A model generated the notes under the pieces. The model ran no database searches. It worked only from the letters and a program-made list of their open reading frames with translations, and was not told the DNA's origin. Both the position numbers and the translations under genes were made by a program. Positions 8,367-16,270 of a DNA stretch of 35,777 nt are shown here, piece by piece; within the stretch, counting starts at the first letter, position 1, and the number at the start of each line of letters is the position of its first letter. Source of the DNA: a virus; the UHGV virus genome UHGV-0200169; one strand, 5' to 3'.

Positions 8367-8993
8367 ATGGTCATCGGAACCAGAGCAAAAGCAAAGATCC
8401 CGCCGGTGGAGGCGGGGACATACCTGGCGATCTGTGTCGGTATCTACGACTTAGGGGAACAGCAGACGGAGTACAAGGGCAAGACTCGGTACAACAATCA
8501 GATCCAGTTCACCTTCGAGCTTCCGACGGAGCAGGTGGAATTGGATGGGGAAATGAAGCCCCGGCAGCTGTCCCGCACCTTCTCGGTCAGCACCAGCAAC
8601 AAGTCTGGCCTGCGGAAGTTCCTGACCTCCTGGCGGGGGAAGGCGTTTTCTGACGAGGAGATTCGGGCGTTCAATACAGATGAGATGCTGGGCCGCAGCG
8701 CCATGATCCAGGTGGTCCTCAACGACACCGGCGAGTACGCCAACATTGACGGCGTGATGCAGATCCCCAAGGGGATGCCCACTCCGACCACGGAGACAGA
8801 GCTGCACGTGTTCAACATCGACCAGTGGGATGACGCGACCTTCGCGGCGCTGCCGGAGTGGGTGCAGGAGAAGATCAAGAACTCCACCCAGTACCAGCAG
8901 ATGCACGCTCCGGAGACCGCCGTGGACTTCCCGGAGCAGGAGGAGCAGCCCCAGCAAGCCGCACTTGAGGAGGGAGTGGAGTGTCCGTTTTGA
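8367..8993 (+). CDS. Putative ssDNA-binding/annealing protein (DUF669/NGO0469-like, by recollection)
   Basis: AGTYLA...DLG N-terminus, acidic tail ending in CPF, position within the recombination module. Confidence 0.55.
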   Translation: MVIGTRAKAKIPPVEAGTYLAICVGIYDLGEQQTEYKGKTRYNNQIQFTFELPTEQVELDGEMKPRQLSRTFSVSTSNKSGLRKFLTSWRGKAFSDEEIRAFNTDEMLGRSAMIQVVLNDTGEYANIDGVMQIPKGMPTPTTETELHVFNIDQWDDATFAALPEWVQEKIKNSTQYQQMHAPETAVDFPEQEEQPQQAALEEGVECPF

Positions 8994-9727
8994 AATTCAT
9001 CCCATTGGCTAGCTCCAGCGCTGGCAACGCCTACTTATTGGACGACGGACAGTGCGTCCTGCTGCTGGAATGTGGCCTGAGCTACCGGCGGCTGGGTCAG
9101 CTGGTGCGGGCGGCGGGATACACCGTCTCCCAGCTGGTCGGCTGCCTGGTCAGCCACGAACATAACGACCACGCCCGCTGCTGGGACAAGCTGCTGGCGG
9201 CGGGGATCCCGGTCATCCTGTCCCATGGCACTGCCCAGGCGCTGGGGGCGGATGGAGCTACCTTGTTGGCACCGGATGTGGGGCGGGACTGCTCAGAGCC
9301 TATGCAGGTGGGCAGCTTCCAGGTGATCGCCTTCCGCACTTTCCACGATGCCAGGGAGCCGGTGGGCTACCTGGTCAGGGGGAGCGACGGGGAGAAGCTG
9401 GTGTTCGCCATCGACACCGGGAACATCCGGTACCGGTTCCCAGGCGTGAACATCCTGGCTATCGAGGCCAACTACCAGGAGGACATCCTGGCGCGCTGCA
9501 CCCGGATGCCGGAAGCCACCGTCAAGCGTGTCCGCAACACCCATCTGGAGATCGGCCAGCTGTGCGGCTACCTGAGCACCTTGCCCCTGCAGCAGTGCCG
9601 GGAGATCTATCTGCTCCACCTGAGCGACGCCAACAGCGACGAGGCGTGGTTCGAGGCGTGTGTGCGTCGGGCAATGCCGAAGAAATGCCGGGTCATTGTG
9701 TGCCCGAAGGAGAGAAAATCATGTTAA
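8981..9727 (+). CDS. MBL-fold metallo-hydrolase (putative 5'-3' exonuclease)
   Basis: ASSSAGN, SHEHNDH, HDA, DTG and LLHLS motifs. Start is 8981 (GTG) or 8990 (TTG). Confidence 0.9.
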   Translation: MSVLKFIPLASSSAGNAYLLDDGQCVLLLECGLSYRRLGQLVRAAGYTVSQLVGCLVSHEHNDHARCWDKLLAAGIPVILSHGTAQALGADGATLLAPDVGRDCSEPMQVGSFQVIAFRTFHDAREPVGYLVRGSDGEKLVFAIDTGNIRYRFPGVNILAIEANYQEDILARCTRMPEATVKRVRNTHLEIGQLCGYLSTLPLQQCREIYLLHLSDANSDEAWFEACVRRAMPKKCRVIVCPKERKSC

Positions 9728-10119
9728 ACAAAGTGATCATTCAGGGTCGGTTGGTGGCAGAACCAGAGCTGCGCCACACCGCCCAGGGGACTGCCGTGGC
9801 CAACGTGCGCATGGCGGTAGACCGAGATTTCAAGCGGCCAGATGGCAGCCGGGAGACGGATTTCTTCCAGGTCATCGCCTGGCGCGGCGGCGCGGAGTTT
9901 CTGGCCAAGTACTTCCACAAAGGGCAGCTGGCCTGTGTGGAGGGCAGATTGCAAGCCAGGGACTACACGGATAACACCGGCGTCCGGCGCTTCGTGACGG
10001 AGATCGTGGCAGAAAACCTGTATTTTTGCGGCGGCAAGAAGAGCGAGTCCAACGCAGCGCCTTACAGAGAACCGACCGGGTTCACGGAGGTAGAAGATGA
10101 CGGCCAGCTGCCGTTTTAA
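9721..10119 (+). CDS. ssb: Single-stranded DNA-binding protein
   Basis: MLNKVIIQGRLVAEPELR...VEGRLQ...DDGQLPF. Confidence 0.95.
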   Translation: MLNKVIIQGRLVAEPELRHTAQGTAVANVRMAVDRDFKRPDGSRETDFFQVIAWRGGAEFLAKYFHKGQLACVEGRLQARDYTDNTGVRRFVTEIVAENLYFCGGKKSESNAAPYREPTGFTEVEDDGQLPF

Positions 10120-10131
10120 GAAGGTGGCAGC

Positions 10132-10935
10132 ATGGCGAAAGAGAAGAACAGCTTTGTGCTGTATTACGACTTGGAGGACATTCTGCTCGACTTGAGCGAC
10201 AGCCAGATCGCGGAGTTGTTCCGAGCGATCTTCGCCTACGAAAAGCGTGGCGAGGCGTATTCCGGCTCAGACCCGGAAGTGAAGATCGCCATGCGTTTCG
10301 TGAGTAGAGCGCTGGACGACAACGATGAGCGGTATCGGGCGAAGGTGGAAAAACGTCGGGAAGCTGGTCGAAAAGGTGGACTTAAAAGTGCACAGAGCCG
10401 CAAGCAAAAGAAGCAAAACGAAGCAAATCAAGCAAACGCAACCAAAGGCAAGCAAAAGAAGCAAAGCCAAGCAAATCAAGCTGATAATGAACCTGAACCT
10501 GTACCTGATAATGATACTGATAGTGAGGGGACTACGTCCCCTACCCGCGCGCGCGTAACGCAGCAAAGTACGCTTGCATCACAGAAAGTCCAATGGGCGG
10601 ACAACGTGACCATGACCAACGCCGAACACCAGAAGCTGCTCGACGCTCATGGCCCCGCCGACACAGCGCTGATGATCGAGCACCTGAGCCATTACAAAGC
10701 GGCGAATGGGAAGCACTATGACAGCGATTACCGGGCGATCTTGGCTTGGGTGACAAAGTGGCTGTCAGAGCAGAAGGGGACGAAGACCGGTGCGGCACAG
10801 CGGCCCAGCAAGGCGCCGACTCCAATGCCGCCGACACAGGAGAGCCTGGCAGAGCAGGAGCAGAGGATCCTCGCAAATGAACGCTGGATGCGAGACTTTT
10901 TGGAGAGCCAACGGGAGGACGAACAGAATGAATGA
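10132..10935 (+). CDS. Phage replication initiator (DUF6291-like N-terminus)
   Basis: KNSFVLY N-terminus, AGRKGG motif, internal iterons, DYRAILAWV C-terminal domain. Confidence 0.8.
   Translation: MAKEKNSFVLYYDLEDILLDLSDSQIAELFRAIFAYEKRGEAYSGSDPEVKIAMRFVSRALDDNDERYRAKVEKRREAGRKGGLKSAQSRKQKKQNEANQANATKGKQKKQSQANQADNEPEPVPDNDTDSEGTTSPTRARVTQQSTLASQKVQWADNVTMTNAEHQKLLDAHGPADTALMIEHLSHYKAANGKHYDSDYRAILAWVTKWLSEQKGTKTGAAQRPSKAPTPMPPTQESLAEQEQRILANERWMRDFLESQREDEQNE
10401..10526. repeat. Probable replication origin: AAGCAAA iterons and CTGATA/CCTGAA repeats inside the initiator gene
   Basis: AAGCAAA at 10402, 10411, 10421, 10430, 10450, 10459 and 10469. Blocks of 33 bp at 10401-10433 and 10449-10481 differ at 2 positions. 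Confidence 0.75.
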
Positions 10936-11299
10936 ACAGAACAGAAGCGACAGTCTGTTGGAGATGGCCAGAGGCGCCATCCTCGAACGGGTAGACTATG
11001 AGGCAGCACGGGTCGCCGAGAACATCGAAGACCCCAACACGGACATCAAGGCAAAGAGGAAGATCCAGATCACGCTGACATTCAAGGCCGGCGCAGACCG
11101 GGAGACGGTGCAGATGGACACGGAGGTGAAGACCACTCTGGCACCCATGATGCCTGTCAGCACCAACCTGTACATGGTGCGAGATGATCAAGGCGACCCC
11201 ATGATTGTGGAAGCCGTCCGGCAGACGCCGGGGCAGCTGGACATGGACGGCGGAGAAGCGGAAGAACCTAAGATCGTGCAACTGCATCGGAAAGCGTAA
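10928..11299 (+). CDS. Conserved phage protein (often annotated 'replication terminator protein')
   Basis: ARGAILER...NIEDPNT..KAKRKIQITLTF motif. Confidence 0.7.
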   Translation: MNEQNRSDSLLEMARGAILERVDYEAARVAENIEDPNTDIKAKRKIQITLTFKAGADRETVQMDTEVKTTLAPMMPVSTNLYMVRDDQGDPMIVEAVRQTPGQLDMDGGEAEEPKIVQLHRKA

Positions 11300-11311
11300 G
11301 GAGGAACAGAC

Positions 11312-12034
11312 ATGAGTGGCATTTTGGCAGAATTTGTGGAGAAGATCATCAGCCTGAAAGACCCGACCATCATCGAGGTGGCGGGACAGCAGTACGCAAA
11401 CCAGGAGTTTGCACGCATCAAGCCACACGTAGATCGCCCGTCGGTGTATGAGGTGACCGGGCTGGACAGCATTGTCCAGCTGCTGCGCAAGGAGATCGAG
11501 AGAGTCGGCGGCTTCGCCTTTGTCCGGGTGGCCAGCCATGACCGGGTGTACGTCAGTACGAGCTACCGGGCAGACATGAGCCGGGATACGCTGTACACTG
11601 CGACGGCGGATGTGCCTGGCTTTCGGCAGGGCTGGCGCGACCAGGAGCAGGCTGTGATCGAGTTGAGGAGCCTGTTCATCCCTGGAGAGGGGACGCGCTA
11701 CCTGTTGGATTTGCTGAGCCGGATGAGCAAGGACAGCGGCGTCACCACCAGGGACAACGGGGTGACCCAAACCGTGGAGGCAAAGACAGGTGTGAGTTTG
11801 CGGCAGAACGTGGAGATCAACCCGAAAGTAAAGCTCCAGCCCTTCCGGACTTTCTTGGAGGTGGAACAGCCGGAAAGCGAGTACCTGCTCCGGGTGGATG
11901 AGAACGGCAGGATCGGCTTGTTTGAGGCAGATGGCGGCGTCTGGAAGCTGGAGGCCAAGCGGAACGTGAAGGAATACCTGGCCGTGGAGTTGGACGATCT
12001 GGTCAAAAGCGGACAAGTCGTCGTGATGATGTGA
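11312..12034 (+). CDS. Conserved phage protein, partner of the preceding gene
   Basis: 240 aa. PFRTFLEVEQPES...LFEADGGVW. Confidence 0.8.
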   Translation: MSGILAEFVEKIISLKDPTIIEVAGQQYANQEFARIKPHVDRPSVYEVTGLDSIVQLLRKEIERVGGFAFVRVASHDRVYVSTSYRADMSRDTLYTATADVPGFRQGWRDQEQAVIELRSLFIPGEGTRYLLDLLSRMSKDSGVTTRDNGVTQTVEAKTGVSLRQNVEINPKVKLQPFRTFLEVEQPESEYLLRVDENGRIGLFEADGGVWKLEAKRNVKEYLAVELDDLVKSGQVVVMM

Positions 12035-12045
12035 GGAGGCAAGCC

Positions 12046-12207
12046 ATGAAAACACTGACCATCTGCAGCAAGTGCGCCGCCGCCGGCGCAGACACCACCG
12101 GTTACCTGGCCAGAGTCATGCGCACGGAGAAAAAGTGCTGCGATCTGTGCGGGCGAAAGGGCTGATGCACGGTGTACGACAAGGAGGATGACGATGACAA
12201 AGCGTAA
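12046..12207 (+). pseudogene. Small zinc-finger gene interrupted by an in-frame TGA at 12163-12165
   Basis: GAGGAGG RBS. MKTLTICSKC...CCDLCGRKG*CTVYDKEDDDDKA*. Confidence 0.55.
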
Positions 12208-12379
12208 CCTATGCGACACCTGCTTGCACCGCTGTGTGTGCAGGCACAGCACAGACCCGGCTGGGACGGCGATGGTGAGCTGCGTACACTACGAGCGCCT
12301 GATCCTGGCGGGGCACAAGCTGGGACATTTGTACTTGTGGATCAGGACGGCGACGGCGCCGGAGGATGACCAGACTTGA
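12194..12379 (+). CDS. Small Cys-rich hypothetical protein
   Basis: AAGGAGG RBS. NLCDTCLHRC. Start is 12188 or 12194. Confidence 0.65.
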   Translation: MTKRNLCDTCLHRCVCRHSTDPAGTAMVSCVHYERLILAGHKLGHLYLWIRTATAPEDDQT

Positions 12380-12398
12380 GGGAAGAAGGTCGGCGGAA

Positions 12399-12896
12399 AT
12401 GGAAGAATACGATTGTTACTTTTGCGGGGATTGCGTCTACTATAGTCTTCCAAAGAATGGGAAGCCTAGCCGATGCAAACGCATAGACCACGAAGTGATA
12501 AAATTCAGCAAGCCCTATTTCAGATGCTACGACGGTAACCAGCACAACGGCATCCCTTGCTCTGACTTTTATCCCTCTAGCCACATGAAATACGCAAGAG
12601 CTCATTGGCCGGGATTCGATTCGTACTGGGACTGCTACGTGAAGACGATACTCCCCTACGGAAACACTAACACCTACGTTTGGTTTTGTCTAAACGGGGA
12701 TACCTCCATCCGCTATGGGGTTCCCCTGCTGGATTTTGTATTCGGAACTATGGTGGAAGAAAGTAGGCTGAGAGCCGTAAAAAAGATGTATTACAAGCAA
12801 AGTAGAAGGTCCCCGACCGGATATATCCTCGTCACCGAGGAAATCGACGGAGTAGAAACCGGAGGGGCGACACCACCGGAGGAGGATGAGGCATGA
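12399..12896 (+). CDS. Hypothetical Cys/aromatic-rich protein, lower GC than its neighbours
   Basis: ORF 12366/12399-12896. Confidence 0.75.
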   Translation: MEEYDCYFCGDCVYYSLPKNGKPSRCKRIDHEVIKFSKPYFRCYDGNQHNGIPCSDFYPSSHMKYARAHWPGFDSYWDCYVKTILPYGNTNTYVWFCLNGDTSIRYGVPLLDFVFGTMVEESRLRAVKKMYYKQSRRSPTGYILVTEEIDGVETGGATPPEEDEA

Positions 12897-13429
12897 CAGG
12901 AGCGGAGATTAAAGCATTCCGGGCGCAGAAGCAGATGTCGCAGTACCAGCTTGCACAGTTGGTCGGCGCGAGACAAAACGCTGTGAGCAAGTGGGAGCAC
13001 AACCAAACCAGGCCGTCAGACGCATACAAAGACCGGCTGGAGTGGCTCGTGCACACCGCTCCGGAAGAACTGGATGCCCGGCGGGACGAAGTCCGACAAG
13101 AACAGGCGGAAGAACGGCGCAAGCGGCGGTGCGCAAACCCTGTGAAGCCGAAGAAACCGCCTGAAAAAGAGTCTGTAGAACCGGTAAAACCCACAACCAC
13201 CAAAACTGCCAACCAATGCAAGGCCTGTCCCCACTGGCAGCACATGGACGGGGCGAAAAGCAAAACCATGTACTGCACCTGCCTCCAGGAGACCGGCCAT
13301 GCCCGTACCTGCGGCGTAGAGCGTACATACCAGCGGTACAGGGCGCTCAGCCTGCTGTCTCTGGACGCTGCCAGGGCGGAGGAGCTGGGGTTGAGCTATG
13401 GGCAGTATAAGGCGAGAGGGGGGATTTGA
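12893..13429 (+). CDS. XRE HTH protein with Cys-rich C-terminus
   Basis: MSQYQLAQLVGARQNAVSKWE HTH. CKAC..C.C..C. Ends in LGLSYGQYKA. Confidence 0.8.
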   Translation: MTGAEIKAFRAQKQMSQYQLAQLVGARQNAVSKWEHNQTRPSDAYKDRLEWLVHTAPEELDARRDEVRQEQAEERRKRRCANPVKPKKPPEKESVEPVKPTTTKTANQCKACPHWQHMDGAKSKTMYCTCLQETGHARTCGVERTYQRYRALSLLSLDAARAEELGLSYGQYKARGGI

Positions 13430-13806
13430 TGGGCGATATGTGCGAGGTAATCAGCATGGTTGTCAAAACGGAGAGTATTGTGCATGGCGGCCTGTGGAAG
13501 CTGTTCCCGGTCATCAACGTGGACAAAACAAAGGACATTCCGTGTGATTATCCTGGAGCGATGGGCGTGCCGATCACGTTTATGGACAAGTACAACGCAG
13601 AGCAGTTTGAGGTCATCGGGATCCCCAACCACGTAAAGCTGGAGGATGGACGCGAACCCTATCGGCGTGTGGTCATCCGGCACCTGCACCCAGACCTCCC
13701 GGAGGAGGTTGACCTTGTGGAGTGGATGCGGAGATGCGGCAAGGTGGCTGTGATGGGGAAATATGGTATCGTGAAGGCAGAGGATATGAAGGCGGAGGTG
13801 ATTTGA
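13429..13806 (+). CDS. Stand-alone fragment of the EcoRI-family adenine methyltransferase (no catalytic motifs)
   Basis: INVDKTKDIPCDYPGAMGVPITFMDKYNAEQFEVIG...PYRRVVIR resembles the C-terminal region of M.EcoRI-family proteins. Confidence 0.75.
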   Translation: MGDMCEVISMVVKTESIVHGGLWKLFPVINVDKTKDIPCDYPGAMGVPITFMDKYNAEQFEVIGIPNHVKLEDGREPYRRVVIRHLHPDLPEEVDLVEWMRRCGKVAVMGKYGIVKAEDMKAEVI

Positions 13807-14162
13807 TGGCAAAGCGGAAAAGGCGGTTTTGCGACAACCCGAAGGAGATGACGCTGAAGTACAAACTCGCAGAAAAACAGGCCATGCAGGACACGATGGT
13901 AAACTACATCGGTGATTGTGCCTTGCTGGTACTCAACAATGAGTTCGGGTTTGGGCAGGAGCGATTGGAACGGTTTAACCGGGCACTCAACGCCGAGTTG
14001 GAGAAATGGTGGGAAGTCACCGCTGCCCCGAAGCCCGGGGACAAAACGTCCGAGATCGGATATGTACGGAGCAAATTTGACCAGGCGCTTGCACGAGTGT
14101 GTGGTGACAGCTATGTCCCCTTTGAGCAGCGGTATGAGTGGATCGACAACAACGTGATTTGA
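13806..14162 (+). CDS. Hypothetical protein
   Basis: Coupled start MAKRKRRF. LNNEFGFGQERLERF motif. Confidence 0.8.
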   Translation: MAKRKRRFCDNPKEMTLKYKLAEKQAMQDTMVNYIGDCALLVLNNEFGFGQERLERFNRALNAELEKWWEVTAAPKPGDKTSEIGYVRSKFDQALARVCGDSYVPFEQRYEWIDNNVI

Positions 14163-14181
14163 TTGGGGGTGACTCGAATAA

Positions 14182-14544
14182 ATGGCGAGAAAAAAGAAAA
14201 CGCTGACGGAGCGAATCAGCGAAGAAGCGAACGAAATCAGACGTGAAATCAAACACTGGTGCTATCTGCGTGAGCATGGCTGCAACGACCCGCAGTGGCC
14301 CGATGGAGTCAACATGAACCTGACCCGGAATCATGTCATCTACGGCAAACGGCGGCTGGAAGAACTGTGCGCCGAGGCCGGGATTGATCTGCCGGGAGAG
14401 TATTACCTGCCTGTCCCGCCGGAAGTCCCGAATAACTACATGGCTGACATGACCGGAGACCGGGCGCAAAAGCTGTCGCAGCTGCACTTCTGGCTGACCA
14501 GCGCAAAAACGGATGACTATCCGGAGCAAGGGACGCTGTTTTGA
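14182..14544 (+). CDS. Hypothetical phage protein
   Basis: GCNDPQWPDGVNMNLTRNH motif. Confidence 0.8.
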   Translation: MARKKKTLTERISEEANEIRREIKHWCYLREHGCNDPQWPDGVNMNLTRNHVIYGKRRLEELCAEAGIDLPGEYYLPVPPEVPNNYMADMTGDRAQKLSQLHFWLTSAKTDDYPEQGTLF

Positions 14545-14999
14545 GCAAACCAAGATACTGGTGGTGGGGCAGCATCCAAAACGCCCTGCGGGTTTATCCC
14601 AGGCTGAAACAACGCTATGAGACGCCTGATGTGGCGCTGACGGCGAGATATGCAGAGGGAGTAGGTCACGATAGCGCCCCAGGCAGAACAACGGAGACAG
14701 CGGCATTACAGCGCTTGTACGATGGGGATTACAAGGTCTACCTGGCTATCAAGGCGGCGGTGGAAGAGACGGAGCAGATGGAAACCGGCCAGGAGCGACT
14801 GGCAATTATCGACTTGCTTTATTTCCGACGGATATGCACACTGCAAGGAGCGTCCATGGACGTAGGATACAGCTACGGGAGGGCAAAAGAAGTTCGACAA
14901 GAGTTCATCCGTTTGGTTGCTTATTACATGGGATATTTGCCGAAGTCCGAGGTTCGTAAAAAGTTCAGCCACAAGAGCCAAAAAAGTGTGAGAAAATAG
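14541..14999 (+). CDS. RinA/ArpU-like late transcriptional activator
   Basis: Last early gene before the packaging module. ERLAIIDLLYF followed by a C-terminal HTH-like segment. Confidence 0.75.
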   Translation: MSKPRYWWWGSIQNALRVYPRLKQRYETPDVALTARYAEGVGHDSAPGRTTETAALQRLYDGDYKVYLAIKAAVEETEQMETGQERLAIIDLLYFRRICTLQGASMDVGYSYGRAKEVRQEFIRLVAYYMGYLPKSEVRKKFSHKSQKSVRK

Positions 15000-15005
15000 T
15001 ATCAT

Positions 15006-15210
15006 CCCATAGCGGATACGGGACGCGTAAGTCCGCTGTGGGGCACCTCCTGGTATACGGGACGGTCCGGAGACAGCCGCCCCAACAGGATGCAGGATAA
15101 CCCCTTTTTTTTCTTTCTTCTCACCCTTTGACAGCTGGAAAGACAGCCCCGGACCGGCGGGTTATCCGGCACCAATCAGGCGTGAGCTTTGCGGAGCTTG
15201 CGCCACTTTT
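15006..15210 (+). ncRNA. Structured late-leader RNA candidate (4-5 hairpins)
   Basis: Stems at 15006-15042, 15049-15089, 15134-15147, 15149-15169 and 15179-15204, with G-U pairs favouring the + strand. Confidence 0.5.
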
Positions 15211-15254
15211 ATGGCCTGCCTGGCGGAACAGAGCGCGAAAATTCAGCCCCCGGA

Positions 15255-15440
15255 TTACTCCGAGGGCTGGCTGGCAGTATCGTTTAATTTTTTGACGGCG
15301 AACTTGATCATTTCAGTCATGGAAAGACCGAGTTTTTGGGCGCACGACTCAAAAATCAGTAGGTCTGATTCCGATAGCCTGAAATGGATCTGCTTCGTTT
15401 TCGGGTCGCTGGTGGGGCGGCCTAGTTTGGGTTGTTTCAC
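15255..15440 (-). CDS. Ribbon-helix-helix (CopG-like) regulator
   Basis: GRPTSDPKTKQIHFRLSESD...GLSMTEMIKFAV. GTG start after AGGTG. Confidence 0.8.
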   Translation of the reverse strand: MKQPKLGRPTSDPKTKQIHFRLSESDLLIFESCAQKLGLSMTEMIKFAVKKLNDTASQPSE

Positions 15441-15456
15441 TGTAATCACCTGACCA

Positions 15457-15585
15457 TTGAAAAAAATATTGCGGTGTGTTAAAATGATAATGTCAGAGGG
15501 GAAGCGGCGGTCAGTACCGCTCCCCATGACTGGTGTTTTTTAGGGAGCTTGCTTAGTTTTTAAGTAAGCTCTCTACTTTTTCTTT
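15457..15585 (+). ncRNA. Putative antisense (antitoxin-like) sRNA with its own promoter and terminator
   Basis: TTGAAA(15457)-17-TAAAAT(15480) with TG extension. Hairpin ~15492-15530. Terminator 15541-15575 plus T-run overlapping the 3' end of the 40-aa ORF. Confidence 0.6.
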
Positions 15586-15675
15586 CGCTTCTTCGATGGT
15601 CCTGCATCCATTCAGGATTTCAAGAATCATCTTCAAGAAGGTCTGAAACTGATAATCAGTCATCTGTTCGTCCAT
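15553..15675 (-). CDS. 40-aa peptide MDEQMTDYQFQTFLKMILEILNGCRTIEEAKEKVESLLKN (not in ORF track)
   Basis: GAAAGGAG RBS directly behind a consensus promoter. Confidence 0.8.
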   Translation of the reverse strand: MDEQMTDYQFQTFLKMILEILNGCRTIEEAKEKVESLLKN

Positions 15676-15735
15676 TGTTTCTCCTTTCTGACACTGCCAT
15701 CAAACTCGGTTGGGCTACCCTCAACCTGTGATTAT

Positions 15736-15764
15736 ATTATACATTATGTGTACACAAAAGTCAA
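15736..15764 (-). promoter_or_regulatory. Sigma-A promoter with palindromic operator
   Basis: TTGACT-17-TATAAT. Palindrome TGTGTACACA at 15747-15756. Confidence 0.8.
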
Positions 15765-15844
15765 GAGAAATATCAAAAAAGTTTGCGTAAATTCTGATTT
15801 TTCAGGTTTGCGCTATTTTTATGCCTGGAAAGGAGGCGGCCTGG

Positions 15845-16270
15845 GTGACGGAAAAACAGAAACGATTTTGTGACGAGTACCTGATTGACTGCAATGCCAC
15901 ACAGGCTGCCATTCGGGCTGGGTATTCCGAAGTATCAGCGGGGCGTAATGCGAACCGAATGATGAAAAATGATGAAATAAGAAGCTATATAGACGCAGCT
16001 TTGATGCGCTTAAAAGCCGAAAATGTTGCCGACGCCCAGGAGGTCATGGAATACCTAACCAGCGTTCTCCGTGGAAAATCACAATCCAGCGTCCTCGCCC
16101 GGGACGAGATCGGAGCGGAACGGGTGATCGAGAAGCCGCCGGACGAAAAAGAGCGGCTGAAAGCGGCGGAGCTGCTGGGCAAGCGGTATGGCTTGTATAC
16201 CGACAAGGTAGACCTGGATGCTGATACGGAGCTGCACATTAACATCGACTACGGAGATGACCCCGAATGA
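15845..16270 (+). CDS. terS: Terminase small subunit
   Basis: TEKQKRFCDEYLIDCNATQAAIRAGYS ... RLKAAELLGK. Confidence 0.95.
   Translation: MTEKQKRFCDEYLIDCNATQAAIRAGYSEVSAGRNANRMMKNDEIRSYIDAALMRLKAENVADAQEVMEYLTSVLRGKSQSSVLARDEIGAERVIEKPPDEKERLKAAELLGKRYGLYTDKVDLDADTELHINIDYGDDPE

Noticed and set aside
12163..12165. Alternative genetic code or selenocysteine
   Set aside because: TGA terminates many clear genes (e.g. terS, terL, muF). There is no suppressor tRNA and no evident SECIS.
13429..13806. Functional DNA methyltransferase or R-M system
   Set aside because: Too short, with no catalytic or SAM-binding motifs and no nuclease partner.
15120..15175. tRNA gene ending in CACCA
   Set aside because: No T-loop (GTTCRA), D arm or cloverleaf can be built.
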